Below, one piece after another: positions 61,101 through 64,000 of a stretch of 64,000 nt of DNA (positions within the stretch are counted from its first letter, which is position 1; every line of letters starts with the position of its first letter). The position numbers and the translations under genes were made by a program. The notes beneath the pieces are model-generated. The model saw nothing but the letters and a program-made list of their open reading frames with translations. It was not told the origin of the DNA and did not search any database. The DNA is from Candidatus Pollutiaquabacter sp. (GTDB lineage Bacteria; Bacteroidota; Bacteroidia; AKYH767-A; 2013-40CM-41-45): assembly GCA_947465495.1 (NCBI GenBank), contig CANIAS010000005.1:8427-72426 (forward strand), given 5' to 3'.

Positions 61101-64000
61101 TCCGGGAGTCCATAGGTAACTAAGCGCACCAGTCCCGCCCGACGTTAGGGAGACGTTTGCAGACCCATTACTTCCTCCGTAACATGATACATCGGTACTG
61201 GTCGCCAATGCAACCATTGGTGCTGGTTCTGAAATGGTAATCACATCAGTGGTGATACAGCCATTGTTATCAATAGCAGTGACTGTATAGTTTCCTGCAG
61301 GTAGATTGGTTGCCGTGGCAGCGGTGCCGCCGGAAGGCGACCAGCTGTAGCTGGAAATCGTGGCAGTGGTAGAAGTTGTAGCAGCGCCATCATTGCCTCC
61401 GTTACACGATACGTTATTGATTAAACTGGCAGTAATGACGGGTCCATTAAGATTTGATACGTTAACATTCGTTGAAGTAATACATCCATTGATATCAGTT
61501 ACTGTGACTGTGTAGGATCCAGCATTCAAGTTGTTGGCAGTAGCCGATGTCCCCCCAGCCGGTGACCAGGAATAACTGGCAGCAGTTCCATTTAGTAAAT
61601 TTACAGTGGCGCTGCCATTACTACTTCCACATGCTGCAGGAGTGGAAGTTGTAGAAAGTGATAATGCGGTAGGTTGGTTGATGACTACATTCTGCGTCGC
61701 CACACAGCCGCTTGCATCGGTTACTGTTACTGCATAGTTCCCGGCTGAAAGTCCTGTTGCTGTTTGACCATTACCTCCTGCTGGGCTCCAGGAATAAATG
61801 TAAGCGCCTGTTCCGCCTATGACTGATGCATTGGCCGAGCCGTCAAGTAATCCATTGCAAGTCACAGCTGTAATTGAAGTGGTGATTTGTAGAGAACTTG
61901 GCTCAGTAATGGTGGTAGTAGTATTGGCTATGCAACCTGAAGCGTCGGTAGCTGAGACTGTATAGTTGCCAGCACTTAGATTACTGGCCGTAGACCCAGT
62001 AGCTCCTCCAGGTGCCCATAAATAAGTGATTGTTCCATTTCCTCCGGTTGTAGTGGTTGCCTGTGCAGATCCGTCCGATCCATTGTTGCAAGAGACGTTA
62101 ACAGAGGTAGCGGAAATACTAAATGCGATGGGTTCCGTGATTGTAATTACATCGGTAGCGATACAACCACTTGCATCGGTAACTGTAATGGAGTAGGTGC
62201 CGGCCGGCAGATTAGTAGCGGTTGCCGCACTTCCGCCGGAAGGAGACCACACATAGGTTGCAATCGGACTGCCGCCAGGAGTTGCGTTAACAGTTGCGCT
62301 ACCATCTGATCCTCCAAAGCAGGATACGTTTGAGTTTAAAGTGGTAAATATCGTAGGGCTGCCGACGTTGGAAACACTCGCAGCCGCTGTTGCTGTACAA
62401 CCCGCCGCGTCAATGGCGGTAAGCGTATAGGGACCAGCTGGCAATCCGTTGACAGTAGCAGTGGTTGCTCCACCAGGCGACCACAAATAACTGACGGCGC
62501 CTTGAGCATTGGATATTACTGCGGTTACACTTCCATTGGCACTTCCGCACAAGGCATCGGTTGTGCTGGTAGCAATTGATAATGCTGGAGGCTCTGTAAT
62601 GGTAGAAGTGGATGATAGGGTGCAACCGTTATCGTCAGTGACAAGTACGGTGTAGTTTCCAGCAGGCAGTCCACTTGCGCTGGAGCCACTACTTACTGCC
62701 GGTGACCAATTATAGGAAGCATAGGGTAGCGTTCCGCCGCTGATCGATGCGTTAATGGCGCCGTTCGTACCTCCATTGCAAGTTACATTGTCTATGGTAC
62801 TGCTAATAGTCAATGGGTTTGGATCACTGATGGAGGTAGATGCGTTGATAATACAGCCGTTGTTGTCGGTCACGGTGGCGTTATAAGTGCCAGCTGTCAA
62901 ATTGTTGACTTGTGCACTGGTTGCTCCACCGGGACTCCAAAGCACACTGTATGGGCTACTTCCTCCACTTGCAATTATTGTCGCACTTCCCGTTGCACCA
63001 CCATAGCACAATACGGCTGTATTCGTTGCAGTTGCAGCCAGTATCGCAGGTTCTGAAATGGTAGTGGTACTTGAATTGGTACATCCCTGAGCATCAGTGA
63101 CGGTTACCGTATAATTTCCTGCTGTAAGTCCTGTAGCGGTAGAGCTGCTCCCTCCCGCAGGGGTCCAACTGTAGGTGAAAGGAGTGTTATTTCCACTTAA
63201 AATATTGGCACTCGCTGAACCACTAGCTCCTCCGTTGCAAAGTACGTTTGAAATAGTAGTGGCTGATGTAGTAGGCCCAGGAAGGTTTGATACCGTTGTG
63301 CTGGAATTGGTAGTACAGCCATTTGCATCGGTGATCGTAGCAGTGTAATTGGCAGCGGCTAGTCCTGTAAGATTATTTTGTGTGCTTCCGCCTGGCGACC
63401 AGCTGATCGAATAAGGACCATTCCCGCCTGTAATAGCGGTGTTGATACTTCCATTGGCGTTGCTGCAGGTGGAGGGTGAAGGAGTAAGTGTTGCAGCCAA
63501 TAAAGCAGGTTCAGTGATGATAGTGGAGGCAGTTACTGAACAACCAGCAGCATCCGTCACCACTACATTGTAATTACCTGCTGGAAGTGATGTTGGGGAA
63601 TTAGAAGTAGAGCCGCCGGGTGTCCATACATAAGTATAACTAGTTGTACCTCCTGTTGGGATTACTTGGGCAGTACCTGTGGCAGCTCCGTTGCAGAGAA
63701 CATTCGTGGATGTTGCTGAAGCAGTGAGTAAAGTTGGTTCAGTGATGATGATTGTATTAATCAGGTCGCAGCCAGCAGGGTCTGTAATGGTCACGGTATA
63801 AGATCCTGCAGTCAGATTGTTGGCCTGTGGTCCGTTGCCACCGCTAGGAGACCAGGCATACGTGAATGGACCGGTTCCGGCAGTTACGTTGACACTGGCT
63901 GATCCGGTTGCTTCTCCGTTGCACGCTACGTTTGAAAGTACGTTTGAGGTAGCTGCCAGGGGGGAAGTGTTGCTGATGTTTGTAGCGATAGATTGCGTGC
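58149..64000 (-). CDS. Giant SprB-repeat / PKD-domain adhesin with T9SS type B (gliding-motility-associated) C-terminal sorting domain; N-terminus lies beyond the window edge
   Basis: More than 1880 aa in the window. More than 20 tandem ~75-aa SprB-type repeats (e.g. NVLCNGAATGTAQVIPTGGTTSYTYVWTPGGST...AGNYNVVVTDAAGC). A PKD-like segment (VAFTPTSMIGCAPVTVNFNDLSS...YSWDFGDQQGSN). The C-terminus FAIYTPNAFSPNGDGINDSFKPFG...YIIDRWGLQIFHS...WNGKVGNEGTPCQNDVYEYIIR matches the T9SS type B CTD. Confidence 0.85.
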   Translation of the reverse strand, partial: TQSIATNISNTSPLAATSNVLSNVACNGEATGSASVNVTAGTGPFTYAWSPSGGNGPQANNLTAGSYTVTITDPAGCDLINTIIITEPTLLTASATSTNVLCNGAATGTAQVIPTGGTTSYTYVWTPGGSTSNSPTSLPAGNYNVVVTDAAGCSVTASTIITEPALLAATLTPSPSTCSNANGSINTAITGGNGPYSISWSPGGSTQNNLTGLAAANYTATITDANGCTTNSSTTVSNLPGPTTSATTISNVLCNGGASGSASANILSGNNTPFTYSWTPAGGSSSTATGLTAGNYTVTVTDAQGCTNSSTTTISEPAILAATATNTAVLCYGGATGSATIIASGGSSPYSVLWSPGGATSAQVNNLTAGTYNATVTDNNGCIINASTSISDPNPLTISSTIDNVTCNGGTNGAINASISGGTLPYASYNWSPAVSSGSSASGLPAGNYTVLVTDDNGCTLSSTSTITEPPALSIATSTTDALCGSANGSVTAVISNAQGAVSYLWSPGGATTATVNGLPAGPYTLTAIDAAGCTATAAASVSNVGSPTIFTTLNSNVSCFGGSDGSATVNATPGGSPIATYVWSPSGGSAATATNLPAGTYSITVTDASGCIATDVITITEPIAFSISATSVNVSCNNGSDGSAQATTTTGGNGTITYLWAPGGATGSTASNLSAGNYTVSATDASGCIANTTTTITEPSSLQITTSITAVTCNGLLDGSANASVIGGTGAYIYSWSPAGGNGQTATGLSAGNYAVTVTDASGCVATQNVVINQPTALSLSTTSTPAACGSSNGSATVNLLNGTAASYSWSPAGGTSATANNLNAGSYTVTVTDINGCITSTNVNVSNLNGPVITASLINNVSCNGGNDGAATTSTTATISSYSWSPSGGTAATATNLPAGNYTVTAIDNNGCITTDVITISEPAPMVALATSTDVSCYGGSNGSANVSLTSGGTGALSYLWTPGGATGQQATGLAPGTYDVTVTDALGCIASSSISILGPDEILLSSSATAAACYGGSDGTVTVNILSGGTGGFTYSWSPGGATTATATGLSAGNYTVAVTDQAGCVATQLQTVTEPLAIQIVTTTQPASCGSSNGSANATASGGSSPYTYSWSNGGGNATTTSPLPAGNYTVTVTDLSGCISTATTTINNIGSPTVSLASTTAVSCHGGSDGSATIQVQGGTGPFNYSWSPSGGNGLTANGLSSGNYTVSILDATGCSTFLAVTIQEPTAIALITSTTAASCGTNNGTADVQASGGTGSYLYSWSPVGGNLSTATGLASGNYTVTVTDAAGCTSSTAAIVTSNGGASALIQQVVDVQCSGGSDGSAIISVSGGTAPYSYSWSPLGGTSSNATGLLSGNYTVSITDASGCVTNLIVPILEPLPLSISTTTTPAACNGGTDGTASANVSGGLAPYQYQWSPSGGIGSQAAGLPQGAYTLLVTDANGCAETATAIVNANSNLVGNVTTVPVSCAAGSNGSATISTSGGTPPYSYQWTGTISTSNTANGLTSGTYQVTVTDASGCSYNQIAVIQSPSPLTLSASGALTLCNASSANLASQAAGGTPPYHYYWSTGSTDSVITVAPGNSTVFSVDVTDANGCTTIGQIIPVNVLSPLEVTASGNGIVCAGTIATISALASGGDGVYSYSWNNGTIIGSNAVVTPTQDTYYTVTVTDGCGQPVTDQVFIQVEQIPSVAFTPTSMIGCAPVTVNFNDLSSSTGGSNYSWDFGDQQGSNITDPVHIYTLPGTYSVSLHVTTPNGCADAVVIPNLVQVYAMPIADYTQSSTELTVLEPAITFSNNSSFATSYAWNFGDGSPIDSTENPSHQYTAPGNYDIQLIVTNPAGCTDTIYSTVRIEEGFAIYTPNAFSPNGDGINDSFKPFGIGISNFNMYIIDRWGLQIFHSTSPENPWNGKVGNEGTPCQNDVYEYIIRCNDPSGLAHSYIGHVTLVR

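Overview
This 64 kb window looks like chromosomal DNA from a Bacteroidota bacterium, probably in the Chitinophagia/Sphingobacteriia/Saprospiria group. Three things point that way: PorU- and PorV-like type IX secretion system (T9SS) genes, cargo proteins carrying type A and type B T9SS C-terminal sorting domains, and a GWxTD protein. About 40 genes are densely packed on both strands.

I found no rRNA or tRNA genes, no CRISPR array, and no transposase or integrase.

Main content of the window:
- **Central metabolism:** enolase, citrate synthase, formate--THF ligase, and the small PurS subunit.
- **Beta-oxidation operon:** six genes for long-chain fatty-acid degradation, with a MORN-repeat gene and a DUF885 gene embedded among them.
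- **Putative metal-uptake module:** a TonB-dependent receptor flanked by a Cys-rich small membrane protein and a secreted heavy-metal-associated (HMA) domain protein.
- **T9SS machinery and cargo:** a PorV-like outer-membrane barrel followed by a C25 (gingipain-fold) PorU-like protein, a 1196-aa S8 peptidase with a type A sorting domain, and a >1880-aa SprB-repeat adhesin with a type B sorting domain.
- **Regulatory triad:** an ECF sigma factor, an anti-sigma-like membrane protein, and a TPR-CHAT (caspase-like) periplasmic protein.
- **LPS/envelope operon:** kdsD, tatC, a DUF5686 outer-membrane protein, and lptB. A 16-17 copy heptanucleotide tandem repeat abuts the lptB stop codon.
- **Others:** recQ, rmuC, rlmB, pssA, yebC, a UbiD-family decarboxylase, and several hypothetical secreted proteins.

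Every call below rests on reading the translated ORFs for remembered family motifs and on gene context. No database search was possible.
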